Assembly: GCF_964194025.1 (NCBI RefSeq)
Contig: NC_134476.1
Coordinates: 12,338,001-12,402,000 of the forward strand
Reading direction: 5' to 3'
Source: Convolutriloba macropyga
Taxonomy: Eukaryota
DNA length: 64,000 nt
Each line of letters begins with the position of its first letter. The stretch's first letter is position 1. The notes beneath the pieces were generated by a model. It saw nothing but the letters and a program-made list of their open reading frames with translations, had not been told where the DNA came from and made no database searches. The translations under genes were made by a program, and so were the position numbers. Of the stretch, positions 24,147 through 36,062 are shown one piece after another.

Positions 24147-26408
24147 TCATTTGCTTAAATTAATTCGAAGATTATCTGATTCGAGTTTTTGGAGGCATTT
24201 GTACACGTATTTGAGGTGCAATTCCTTGGTACCTTTGCTAACTACAATTATGTCATCCAGAAAACAGTATGTGTTAGTCAGCCCAACCAATGTGTAATCC
24301 ATTGCCTTTTGAAACTCGGCCGGCATATCCGTAAGGCCATAAAATCCCGTTTTAAAACGATATGTACCAGTTGCATCGCCGCAAATGATATTAAAATTAC
24401 AATGACGCGCAGTATCCGGATGCAGTTTTAATTGACTATAGGCATATTTTAAGTCAATCGTTGAAAAGTAGACATTATCTCCTAGGTTTGAATTATTAAT
24501 ATGTTGTGAGATTGAATCGATAAGACTATCTATATTTGGCATTTGGTACTTGTTTTTGTGGATCGCTTTATTTAATATTTTTGAATCAAGAGCTAACTTT
24601 ACAGATTTGTCCTTTTTGACCGTAATTACAATGGGAGAAATGTAGTTTTTATCCGAACATTCTTGTAGTTTTTCGATGTGTCCTTGTTCAGAAAGTTTCT
24701 TTAGCTCAGCAGATACTTTGTCTAGTAAGTTTATAGAAACACGACGGCCCTTTTGGTGGGATGGAGTATAATGTTTGTGGAATTTTGAACGAACTGTATG
24801 TACTTTGGACTTACCGATTCTGGAGATTAGATCGGGATAATCAATAGCAATCTGTTTTTTGATTGGGCAATATTCTTGATCTACCTGATTGATTGTTACA
24901 TGGTTACTTGATTGATGTATTGAGAGTCCAAGAGCTGGAAACAAATCTCTACCCAATAGAGAACGATGTCTGTTTGCCACTACTTGAATTTCTATTGGAT
25001 TTGCGTACCAATTGCTGCTTTGAATTGAAGTTTGAAGAATGCCGACCGTATGAATAGGTTCGTTTGAAAATGTTTTCAATTGTTTAGGATTCGCTTCGCG
25101 TATCCACTTCAATTTTGAGTCATGGGAAAAGATGGAGTTTGCCAAGGATTCGTTTATTATTGTGCATACGCTGCCCGAATCCACCAAAACATTTGTTGAT
25201 GTTTTACCGAAAATTACGGGAAGATTGATTGCATCCACTGAAGTTGTGGAATCTGTTGAAGATACTGCTGCTACACAATTATCTTTATCTGAAGAATAGT
25301 TTGACTCCAAATCAGGATCAAAATTAGCCGAAATTTGATTGACATCTTCATTTTGATCGTCTTTTTCTACGTTATTGACCCGCGGTTTAGGTTTTGGGTA
25401 GGAATTGGGATCTTTAGGTTTGCGGCAAACTTTTGCGAAGTGGTTTTCAATACCACAGTTATTGCATCTTTTTCCCCGAGCGGGACATTTATTTCGGTGG
25501 TCAGAGGTCCAATTAGATCCACAGAAGTGACAGGTTGTTGGCTTTTTCCGTGCTGTTGTATTCATATTGGAGAAAGGGGTAGCATTTGCGATGCGCATCC
25601 GTTGTACTTGGTTAACAGTTGAATGTGACTCGGTTTTACTTGCATTCATTTTTAGTTGATTGAGCGTACCCATCTCGATATTAATCGCTATTGCCAATGC
25701 TTTTTCCGGGTCTACTGTTTCTTTAAGGAGCTCCTTTTGAATGTCTTCATTTTGCATGTTTGCGATAAAGACATCCCGGATGATCGTGTCTCCTTTATCT
25801 CCAAGGTCACAGTTTTCCGAAAGTTCTTTGAGATGTCCATAGAACTTCTCAATAGGTTCTCCCTTTTGCTGTTTTCGGGTGAGGAAGAGGTATCTATCGA
25901 ATGTTATATTGTGGATCCGAATGAAGGTTGTATTCAGAATATCCCAAAGATCTTTCGTTGAAATTGTTTCAAAATTGACGGTCGAATTCTTTGAGTTGAA
26001 TACGCGCCGACCTTCCATGCCTAAGCTCAAGTACATCAAGGAGGATGCTTTCCGATCACATAACTTCCACGGTTTATCACCGCAAAGTATGCCAACTGCT
26101 GTAACACGTTGACATTGATTCTTCCACGCTGTTTTTGCTTGTTCATTGCGGGTACGTCGGTCTCGCTCTGATTGTGCCGTCGGGTTGTCAACTGCATCTT
26201 CATATGCTGGTTCAGGAGGTAAGAGGACATGGTCTGGAGGGTCCAATAAGAGGAGGTCCACTTCAATTCCTTCTCGGGCGAGAATTGCGAGTTTCAATTG
26301 TATTCTCCAAAACTCCCAGCGAATTGGGGTTTCTAGTGTTGCCTTTTCCCAAAAGGGTTGAATTCCAAGTGGGGATTTGCCGCTGTCCTTTGTCGCTGAC
26401 TGCGCCAT
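24147..26408 (-). CDS. Gag (zinc knuckles), aspartic protease and reverse transcriptase fragment
   Basis: CHFC..H...CPA..KRCNNCGIENHFAKVC; protease VDSGS; RT motifs SPIVITVKKD, TIDLKYAYSQ, FLDDII. Confidence 0.93.
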   Translation of the reverse strand: MAQSATKDSGKSPLGIQPFWEKATLETPIRWEFWRIQLKLAILAREGIEVDLLLLDPPDHVLLPPEPAYEDAVDNPTAQSERDRRTRNEQAKTAWKNQCQRVTAVGILCGDKPWKLCDRKASSLMYLSLGMEGRRVFNSKNSTVNFETISTKDLWDILNTTFIRIHNITFDRYLFLTRKQQKGEPIEKFYGHLKELSENCDLGDKGDTIIRDVFIANMQNEDIQKELLKETVDPEKALAIAINIEMGTLNQLKMNASKTESHSTVNQVQRMRIANATPFSNMNTTARKKPTTCHFCGSNWTSDHRNKCPARGKRCNNCGIENHFAKVCRKPKDPNSYPKPKPRVNNVEKDDQNEDVNQISANFDPDLESNYSSDKDNCVAAVSSTDSTTSVDAINLPVIFGKTSTNVLVDSGSVCTIINESLANSIFSHDSKLKWIREANPKQLKTFSNEPIHTVGILQTSIQSSNWYANPIEIQVVANRHRSLLGRDLFPALGLSIHQSSNHVTINQVDQEYCPIKKQIAIDYPDLISRIGKSKVHTVRSKFHKHYTPSHQKGRRVSINLLDKVSAELKKLSEQGHIEKLQECSDKNYISPIVITVKKDKSVKLALDSKILNKAIHKNKYQMPNIDSLIDSISQHINNSNLGDNVYFSTIDLKYAYSQLKLHPDTARHCNFNIICGDATGTYRFKTGFYGLTDMPAEFQKAMDYTLVGLTNTYCFLDDIIVVSKGTKELHLKYVYKCLQKLESDNLRINLSK
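26395..26407 (-). promoter_or_regulatory. Primer-binding site, tRNA-Ser-like
   Basis: TGGCGCAGTCAGC directly follows the 5' LTR and is complementary to a tRNA-Ser-type 3' end (...GACTGCG-CCA). Confidence 0.8.
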
Positions 26409-26813
26409 GTTATACTTAATCGTATTGAATAATTAGGGATTCGCGTTGCGAATACTTTTGTCAAGATTATGATAGGAATTGCCAGGCGAATACACAACTA
26501 CTTGTGTATTACGAATTCTGATTATTGGAAACGCGGTGCGAATCCGTTGCTAAATTTAGCTTAAGATTATGAAGAGCGTTTGCAGAGTAACTTGAATTCA
26601 GATTGACTAAATGAAATTATGATTACTTATGATAAACTAGTATGAACAAAATATGAAATAATTTAGTAGACTAACGGGAATATTAATATAGGTGAATAAA
26701 TAGAAGTCATAACTTTTAGTTATAAAACGCATGATATAATTATAGATATAGAGGATAAATAATTTAGTACACATAGAAGTTTCGATATATAATAGGTATC
26801 CATACGTATCACA
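26408..26813 (-). repeat. 5' LTR (406 bp)
   Basis: Direct repeat of 19936-20314, TGTTATAC...TATCACA on +. About 5 substitutions and a 27-bp extra segment relative to the other LTR. Confidence 0.97.
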
Positions 26814-27958
26814 CCGGGCAAGCAGAATATGAAAGAACCGGGAAAATTTAATCAATTACAATAAAATTGAAATAAGAAGATCGAAGACGGAAGCACGTTT
26901 TTTTGCTCTGTTAGATTAATGATTCTCTGATGTTTTCCTGGGTTTTCTTTTTTCGGGCCCGCTATAAGTGTAGATTCAAATATTTTGACACTTTAGGAGT
27001 ATTTAGTGCAAGAATAGGTCTTTAGGCAGTGTAATGTTTTTCCCCTGCGAAATGTTTGTCCTCTTTATAAGTAGATTGATTAGCTTGTAAGAACCTGGAA
27101 ATTGGACGGTTTTCTTACGATAAATTGTTAGTTGAATTTTAAAGCTTATAAGAGCGTGTAATTTTTCAGCAAAATATCTTGTAGGACATTTTATTATCTG
27201 ATAAAAACTGGTAAGACTCTTGTAAAGTCTTGTAAGAAAACATGCCGTCTCAACCCTGGTAGGAAAATTCTGACGGATTCATGAAGTGCTTTTTTTCGGT
27301 TATTTTTATGCTAAATGACTGAATTTTAAGATCTCTACTTTTTTTGTCAGTTTTGTAAGTTGACAGAATTATTATTGACCAATACTTTGGAAATTGGTTA
27401 AGAAAATTGGTGAGTAGTTTCTTAATCAAAGTAAGTAAAATTTTTACTTATTTGAACCAATTTTAACAAAAAAAACAATGCTTCGCAATGATGGAGGAGC
27501 TAAAGCCTGTGTCATATTTTTTTCTGCGGGAAGTTCTGTGTCATATTGTTTTCGGGTAACCTTTGATATATTTTTTCTTTTGTTGGTGGGGGGGGGGGGG
27601 GGGGTTCTTTTAATGCAATCAACAATTAACTCAGCTATCATTCTTTTCCATTTTTGAAAGGATGGCCTTGGTGGAGACCATTCCGAGCTTGTAATAAAAA
27701 CTAATATTTCTTATTATATTTTACAATCTATAAAGCATTTGTAAACACCGCTATGTCGAGCCAGCATTCTAATTATCAACTCAAATTTGTAATAATGTGC
27801 CTCTGCGTTCTGTGGGTCACGATTTGATTTGAAATTTTGAAATCATCATTTTTGATATAACGGATGGGACCAAATATCCGTTTTTACCCAAAAAAAGTCC
27901 CCTCCCCAACCAACATATACAAGCACACATACCCAAGCGCACACACGCATACAGACAC

Positions 27959-27960
<2 letters not shown>

Positions 27961-28011
<51 letters not shown>
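27961..28011. repeat. (CA)n microsatellite
   Basis: About 25 uninterrupted AC units. Confidence 0.97.
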
Positions 28012-28015
<4 letters not shown>

Positions 28016-28866
28016 GGCGCACTTTTACCCTCAGCCCCCGCAATTTTCCTAGTTACTCGACATCTCAATAGCGCAACGACCCAATTTGACCGTAACTATA
28101 GTAACTTAATCTGCAACAAACTTAGACATTTAGTATCAGTTGCAAAAGGCATAATACTAAAAGAGAATTAGAATGAAAGGCCACAGAATGAGAGAGAGAG
28201 TGAATCTACTACAGCATCAGATGTCTACCCGAGTCATAAAGTGATTAACCAATGCACTGATTAGCCCCCCAATCTCTACCTTTGAACTCACAATAAATAA
28301 CCTGAGACATAACACAACACCCCATATCAAATCACGCCAAATTGCATCATTGAATAACGTTTTCTCTTTCCGTCTCTTTTCCTCCCTTTTCAAACCAAGA
28401 ATTCTGACTCCAGATTAACTGAGGATTAACTGACGCTTTCATGTCGCTTAGCCGCTTTGATCATTCGGTTCAAATTTGGATTTATTTTGGAAACATAAAA
28501 TTGCTAAAAGTAACTATATTTCTGATTGATGTGCAAAAGTTGCTGAGTAGAAGGACTCTATTTAACGCGGCCAGACTCATGATGATGTAAAATGCCAGGT
28601 AAAATATGTTGCAAATATAACTTCGAAAGATTTGATAACAAAGATAAAAAAGAAAATTCTTAACATTTTCGCTAATCTAGATCTCGAATTTTGAAAAGAT
28701 CCTAAATCGGACCCAAATAGCCTGTAAAAAGACTGATCAATTATACTTTAGTTCGAATCACGGTTTTTTCACGCTGGATTTTCTGCACATGTATATACTT
28801 TAAGTAACAGTTGTTAGGTCAACAATTGATTATTTTGTTATACATGGCAGTATAACTCGAGTCGGA

Positions 28867-28972
28867 AAAAAAGTTAATCTTGCAAGATTCTTGCAAGATT
28901 CTTGCAAGACGATGTAACGTCTTGTAAGATTCTTGCAAAATTCTTACAAGTTCTTGCAAGATTAACTTTTTT
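28867..28972. repeat. Palindromic TCTTGCAAGA-array mini-element with 21-bp perfect inverted ends
   Basis: AAAAAAGTTAATCTTGCAAGA (28867-28887) and TCTTGCAAGATTAACTTTTTT (28952-28972), with 11-bp-period internal units. Confidence 0.85.
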
Positions 28973-29269
28973 GGAAGAAAAAATCGGCTACAGATAAATT
29001 TTTTAAAAAAGGACATTTAAAAAAGCGCTCAAAAATAGCCGAAAGAGCTGTCCTAGGTCCTCATCCTAAGTCCTATCCTAGCAACAAACTTTTTTGGATG
29101 CTTCAACAATTGAACCTAAAAAATTTTTTAAAAAATCACAAAAAGAAACAGATATCGAATTATCAATCTATCACATGGAAGAAGGTCTTCGAGCCATATC
29201 TTCTCTTCTTCTTTCTCTTTTTTTAATTGTTTTATTTTTTTTCAAAATTCTTTTTTCTTGATCGTTCTG

Positions 29270-29345
29270 CGGGTGTCGTATCGTCACCCTCGGGTGTCGT
29301 ATCGTCGGATTCGGGTGTCGTATCTTCGTCTTCGGCTGTCGTCTA
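29270..29345. repeat. 21-bp minisatellite x ~3.5
   Basis: CGGGTGTCGTATC recurs at a 21-bp period. Confidence 0.85.
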
Positions 29346-29639
29346 GTCCTGAACAGAAAAAAATTGAACAACACAGAACAGCTAAAAACAATTCCATGCA
29401 AAAACGTGCATGAATACCCCCTCCCAAACAACCCTAAGAAACCAAAGTAGAGCAACTCTTAATGCTTGCGCTAAACACATAGGGGCAGGGAAAGAACAAA
29501 GAGAAAATAACTTAACTCCTAAAGTGCCGCAAGCAGAACAAGCCTAGCAGAGGAGTCCACCGGAAAGATACACCGGACAGTAAATGTGCCCGTAAAAACC
29601 CAAACCACATGAAAAAAGCCGGGGAACAGCACAAAAAGA

Positions 29640-29866
29640 CAGCCGACTTTTCGTGATGATTTGGGTGCTTGCACAAAATCTCTATTCCTTTTTTACTATC
29701 ATTTCAATTTTCCTGTGTCTCCACCTGATTTTGACGAACCATGTTTTTGCATGCGAGCAAAAACATGGTTTGACAAAATCAATTGGAAACACGGGGAATT
29801 TGAACTGATAGAAGAAAAAAACAGAGAATTTGTACAACCCCCCAAATCATCACAAAAAGGTGGCTG
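29640..29866. mobile_element. Foldback/MITE-like element, ~227-bp imperfect palindrome
   Basis: Arms of ~110 bp (CAGCC...GGCTG) around the centre AACCATGTTTTTGC-ATGCGA-GCAAAAACATGGTT. Confidence 0.75.
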
Positions 29867-32800
29867 CAGGAAAGAAAACACAACAAGCACACAGAGAGTG
29901 ACTGTTACTTACAGTTTGACTGTTACTTATAGTTGTGTTTTCACTCACATCCTGTTCCCTTTTTTCTTTCTACCGTTCGCATTATTATTCTAATGGTTCA
30001 ATTCTTCAGTCTCTTTTTCTGCTTGTTTGCATTAATGTAAGTTTAGGTCACGTCAATCTTTTCATGGAAGTGTTTGATGCTAAATTTCAACTTCATGTTC
30101 AGAGTTTCCTAAAAAGAACTGATCTGTAGATCTAATGGGCAAGCTTCACGGCAGAGATCTACATTATTTTTCGATTGTACAAGCTTTTTCATTTTTCAAG
30201 TGTTATGTAATTTTTTTTCTCACTATTCTTATCTTATTTTAATCAACTTCAGAACAACAAACTCTTTTGGTCCTTAAAATATCAACTCTCTAGAAAACGA
30301 AAAGTAGAGCCATTTATTTAAAATTGATTTATATTATCCCTTAAACCTCCTTCCTTTTAATTTATATGTACGCTTTACGCAATTCGACATTTTTGGTCCC
30401 AAAAATAGATATAATCATAAGCTTTACAATTGCTCTTTGAAAATTGAAATAGTTGCTTTTCTAAGCGCCCAACAAACTCTCTAATGAAAATAATGTACAC
30501 TTTTTCGGCTCCTATGGAAGTTATTTTCGAAGCCTGAATGAACTTGAGACAGGATTTTTGTCTGTCTAAATATACCTTTAAATATCCTTTATGGAACAAT
30601 TTTCTAGTCAACAGCGTTCAGATTTCCCCCAAATTGCACAAGTTTTTAAATGGTTGGCTTGGTAGAGTCAATCAAAACTCTTAAACATGGTCAAATGAGC
30701 TTTAGCTAACCAATTAGACAGATCCACCATTTCATTCCACTTAAATTACTAGTTCCCTAACTGGATACAAAAACACAAAACAAACTAATCGTCGCAGAAC
30801 TTCTTCAAACCAGAATACTAGCGTGGTGATTTTCTGTTCAAGTGAGACTTGCAAGAATTTAGCATTGAATTAGCCAGAAGTAGATGAATTGCTATAAATC
30901 TATCTATGATAATATTCTAGACCAGGATTGTTCTAACTCTACCACTTTCAGGATATCAACAATTATTATGCATAACGACTTAAACTTTTACCTAATGGAA
31001 CAACAACTTCTTAAACCAAAGAAGGCTATCAAAACTGGTAAAATGACTGCATCTTTGTCATAAACGAAAGTTGCATAAAGTTTTTCATAAAAAAAATATT
31101 TCCAACAAAGTTTCCACCAGTAATTTCCAAACTTTTTTATAGTTGGAATTTCTATTAATGGCAGTCCTATAAATAGAAATTGTGTAACAAAATTCTCCAT
31201 AAACTGCTACTGAATATTCCTAAATGTTTTCTTCAACGTGCTCAATTTAATTGAGACCAGATCTCATATCTTCATATCACGAAATGAAATTATTTCAAAG
31301 ATTCTTGAAGCCCCATTCTTAATTCGGGCTCTAATAGAATGAAAACATTCTTCGAACAAGTTGAAATTGGTTTTTATTACGCCAAAACTAAAACAAAATA
31401 ATTAAATAAAGCAGGGAAAACAAATACCACACGATGAAAGTCTCTGGAAGAGTACAATGTGTCCAAAGGAGAAAAAATGCAACTCTAAAAATCTGTATGA
31501 TAAAGTTGATATCCAGGTAAATTAGAATCTCTCCTGGCCTATTTGGCTATGCAAACTAGAGGGTTCATGAAAACATTCAGCTTCCTGTTTGAAAAACAAG
31601 GTCAATGCATTTACAAATCTTAGACTTTAAAATCAGTTTTTTTTTAGTTCTATGAAAACAACTTTTCCATTTTTTGTTAATTTTTTCTTTGTCGCACGCC
31701 GAAAATGCATTTGGCGGGAGCGTGTTTTAAGATTTGTTTTACGAAAGTCCTTTAGCTCAAATTTTTTAAGATCGACACTTCTTATGTTTGAAATCGATGA
31801 AAATTGCGGAAACAGTCAAAAATGAAAGTGCTTTGATTGGTTTAGCGAAGCGACAAAAATCAACCACTTCATTTGTTTAAAAAGAACAAAAATCTCAACT
31901 CGGGAAATATCTTTTCTGCCATTAAATAAATCACTCCAAAGCTCAATGATCAACAAAATCAATTAGTTGTCGTAAATTTAATTTAAAATTTACTTAATTT
32001 TGACGAAGACTCAAAATTTTTGGTTTATAATTACTCTCCGCTAATAACAACATAGATTTGGTGTTTACGATTACGTTTAGTCATCACGTTTTTTGTTGAT
32101 CATCAATGATTTGTTCAACACGAATGGAGGTGGCGCGCATTCTAAAAATGAAAAAAATAGCATCAAACAAACTTAATTCAGTTGATTTTCCTAGGCGGCT
32201 ACTTCTCATCTGAGACATGCAAAAAGAACCAACTGAAATAGAACGAGGTAATTGAAAAATTAAAAGCAAAGGTGAAGCCCCGCAGAGGCGGCGTGACCAA
32301 TTTCAAGTGATCAAAAGATTAAAAAGAACCCGCTGAAAGGAAATTGAAAACAGAATAACAAGACGCTGATTTTTGCAAAGAGTGTTTGCAGAAATTCAAT
32401 CTCTAAGGAAATTTCTCCCTATATACCATCAAAAATCTATTTTCATGAAGAGTTTGTTATAACATAGCTAGCGGCCGTGGAAAATTGTTCATGAAATTCA
32501 GCTGTGGCAACCAGCTTTATCTTTATCAAAATTGTTTTTCAACAAGAAAAATTTTTTTCTCTTAAGTAACCCGGCTGTAGTCAAAAGCATAACGATTCCC
32601 CCCCACCCGCCTTAGACCCGTAGAATATAAGAGAATAGCCATTTTAAAATATGAGATTTTCATAAACCCTTTCAATGGAATATTTCAAGTACAGTGTCCA
32701 ATTCCACCTCCTCTTAACCCTATTTATGAAGCAAAAACAAGCACTCGCTGGTCAAAACAAGCAGAGAAAACAAAGGCATAGATGGACAAACTCAGAACTT

Positions 32801-35800
32801 TATCCGCACCGTAAAAAAATTTTTATTTTGATAAAATTTAGCCGTCAGAATCTCTGTTACCCAATAGAGGTAGGCTCGTTTTTTACAAGTTTTTCGTTTT
32901 TGTCTGCAATTTTTGCATTTTTTTTGCAGTTTTCACTTTCTATTGCACTTTTTACCTTCCTTTGCCATTTTCGCATTTTGAGTTGTGATTTTTTTTAAAT
33001 TTTCTGTGTATTTTTAGCAATTTTCCAATTGTACTTCGGAAACTGAGATAACCAATTTTTGAAAAGAGAACTGAGCAATAAACACAGTTAGATATAAAGA
33101 AGACAAAACTGCATGTGGCGTTGGAAAAATTGCAACAAAATCGGGCGAAATTTTTGATCGTTTCATTTTTTTTTAATATTTCAAGGTACAAAAATTATAA
33201 TCTTAAAGATAATGAAAAAACAGAAATTTTGATGTATGTCAAAAATTTTTTATTGCACACTTTGTGGATATTAATACTATAATATTTCCTCCCAAAATTG
33301 AACTAAACATAAATTTCAAGAAAAATTATTTGCCGATTTGATTTTATTAAACAATTTTTGACACCTCCGATACCCTTTCGTTATTGAATCAAATGTTTTG
33401 AATGCTACAATCTAAAATTTTGTTTTTTTGAGCTATTTTCAAAACTTTTTATGTTTGACTATTTAAGAACGAGAAAGTTTTGTTCTCTATTTTTCCCAAA
33501 TTGGGAGTGGATATTGATGGAGACGTTTATTTTTGTGTTTGAACAACAAGACCTTCTGCTGTCCACCAGTTTTATGTAACCATTATATTCTTGCCAGTTT
33601 TGTGTCGTTTAGTGAAAAATTCGTTTCCGCAATATATACACTCAAAACTAGGCGGCGTTATACGAAAATACAAGATTACAATAAACATTCTACATTGTGA
33701 AATTTAAGAAGATAAAGGTTCATCTTAAAATGTTTTAAAATCTAGAAAACGTTTATCTAGAAATTTTTCGAGATATTAAATTTTTTTTACAACACTTTTG
33801 AAGATCACAAAATATAAAGAAACTGTTCCGCCCCCATTTCTACGTTTTTTCACAAATTCTACTTCAGTCTGCTGACCTGTAATTAAAAACAAGAAATTTA
33901 CTCTTCGAGGGTCGACAAAAAGTTGCAACGATAGACATTTTATGTTACGAACAATTGACTTCATGATCCAAAAACGTTTTATGAGATTGACATGACTACA
34001 ACTTTGCCATAAAGGAAATTTTTTTGACTTCAAAAACGAAGGTTCTATGACTAAACTTACTCATAATTGAAAGTTCTATGGTAAAAATTACTTCATAAAA
34101 CATTGTCAGTTTTGCTTTGCATATTTTCGTGTATCCTCATAAATTTCTTACATCAAAAATAAACTCTGCATTCTGCAATGAAGTCTAAGAAAAAATGTGG
34201 CTTTCCAGACACATAAAATGTTCCGGATAAACCAGAACTTTAAAACAAGCACAGGAAACACCTAGCACAAGAAACACACAGCACAAAGAGAAGAAAACAC
34301 TGTTATAAGACATTTCCTAGATGCGCTCCCACTTCCTCAGACTACCTATCATTGAATTATTTAAGGCTTCAGTAAACTTTTCAATTAATTTTTTTTCAAT
34401 TTTCTAAAAAACTTTTATACTTCCATAAAGTTTCATGACCACTATTTTTTCGTAATTATGTGTTCGCTTAGAACTCAATATTTCAAATTGTTTTTAAGTT
34501 AGTTTTTTTGAAAAGTAATTTTCCCCTCCTTTTCATGAGAGTTTAAAAAATTTCATTAAAATTCAATTTCATAGAACTCTCCTTTTATGAAAGGTCTATG
34601 ACCACAACTTTGCATAGACTCCACACTATGAAGTTGAAATTTCGTAACTTTTTGATTTATGGAGTCAACTCGAGTTTTCTGTGGTATCCTTTTGTGAAAA
34701 GTGTTGAATGAAAAACGGTTCTTATTTATTGTAACATTTAAAAAGCGCGTGTGGATCAATTCCCAAAGGCAATTATTTTGAAGTATTTGTTTAGATAACT
34801 TCTCAAAATTTCAGCTAATTGCAAACCAACAAATAGGATGATGTGTATTTGCTGTAATTTTTGATGACATTTTGGGAGTCAACAATTGTTCAAAATATAG
34901 AGGAAAAGTTTAATTTTTCCTTAGTTTTTATACCCAGGAAATTGTTAAGACAGTTTACAGCCTAATTGCCTATTGTGTTCCATAAAAAGGCGTTAAGGCG
35001 TTGAAAATTGGGCGTTTTTTTTTGGGCGTGGGCGTTTGCCTTGAGTTGGAATGGCGGAACAAATAGACTCCCACTTAGCGTAGCTTTAAGACATCGTAGG
35101 CAGTCATTTCGACTGGAAAAGTTGTTGAATTATGGAAAACAAATAAAAATTCCTGTTAGTGACTTTAGTTTAAGATTTGGTTGTTGAACTTAAGCGAACT
35201 GTTAACAAAATTTCAAGGATAATTTTGGCACCCTTCTTTTAATTATTTTCCATTCAAAGTCTTCCTTTTCCCATCTTAGTCGAGACAGGCGTGGAACAAA
35301 ATGTTTGCTTGTGTTTTATTCAATTTTAACATTTTTGCAAGCATTTTGTGGAACTTCGCCGACATTTGTCTTCCCTGTTTTTGACAAGTTAAACCCTATT
35401 TCTTAAATGTAAGGCACAAGGAAAAATGGAGAAAACCAGGAAGGAAGAAGAATGGGAAGGATGGCGAAGGCGGAGAGGGGGGGGGGGTCGGGTGTCAAAA
35501 TAAAATTGTGGTAAAAAAATGATGCAAAAAATGATGAAGGAGATGTGCCCCAAAAGGAAAAGAACAATAGTTGGAGGGGTAGGCAGATTTAATTGAAGAA
35601 TTCAAATTAATGCCTAACTTGGGATCTTTTCCGTCTCCCCCCCCCCCCTCCCCCGCCCCGCCGTCGGATTCAAGTTCATTATGCACCCCTCATTTATAGA
35701 ACAGCACATTGTATATCATCATGAAAAAATATGACATGTGCGTCTGGGGGTTGCAAATAATATGCACCCTCTAAACTGGAACCTAGAGCAACACCCCCCC

Positions 35801-35974
35801 CCGCTCCACCCACCACAACCACCATCATTCCTTCGGGGAGAAAGCGGTTCAAAAGTGCTATTTGATATTTGAACTATATGTCTCAAGGGGTAATTTATCA
35901 ACGACGAGTTGATGAAATTCTTCCTTCTAAATTCCCCTTACATGTACTCAACTGCGTAAATTGATAAGTTATAG

Positions 35975-36062
35975 CAGCTCCTATAATTCTGTATATCTAT
36001 GTTAACACGGAAATGCAGTTCAATTTATCACTCACATCAGAAGGGCCGCCACTGGTCGACAG
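35975..36062 (+). CDS. GPCR exon: end of TM2 and ECL1 (putative)
   Basis: Tandem TAG/CAG acceptor at 35974/35977. Frame reads xPIILYIYVNTEMQFNLSLTSEGPPLVD. The donor GACAG|GTAGAG (phase 2) matches the TTTTTTAG|A acceptor at 46222. Confidence 0.55.

Larger units (their letters stand above)
20839..26408 (-). pseudogene. gag-pol: Disrupted single gag-pol ORF (about 1856 aa when repaired)
   Basis: Four ORF pieces join after three repairs: TGA at 24147-24149 (K*HF, expected KCHF), a 1-bp deletion near 22892 (ELSKE-EIFESNLNQLF), and TAA at 21454-21456 in frame with ORF 20839..21342. Confidence 0.9.
19936..26813 (-). mobile_element. Full-length Ty3/gypsy LTR retrotransposon, Mag-like (K02A2.6-type)
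   Basis: Two TG...CA LTRs, a 5-bp TSD CCGGG (19931-19935 and 26814-26818), PBS, PPT, and domain order gag(CCHC)-PR-RT-RH-IN. Confidence 0.97.

Noticed and set aside
24147-24149. Programmed read-through or selenocysteine at the in-frame TGA in RT
   Set aside because: It replaces the conserved Cys of KCxF by one substitution, and the element has two other disablements; a simple nonsense mutation is more parsimonious.
21231-26419. Antisense and alternative-frame ORFs within the retrotransposon
   Set aside because: Shadows of the gag-pol frame with no independent signatures.
29270-29345. Possible CRISPR-like repeat-spacer pattern
   Set aside because: 21-bp period with only ~8 variable bases, eukaryotic context and no cas genes; it is a minisatellite.
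1-35970. GPCR N-terminal/TM1/early-TM2 exon(s)
   Set aside because: No GN..V or LA..D-bearing exon was found by eye. It is probably upstream of the window, in a gap, or too short to see.
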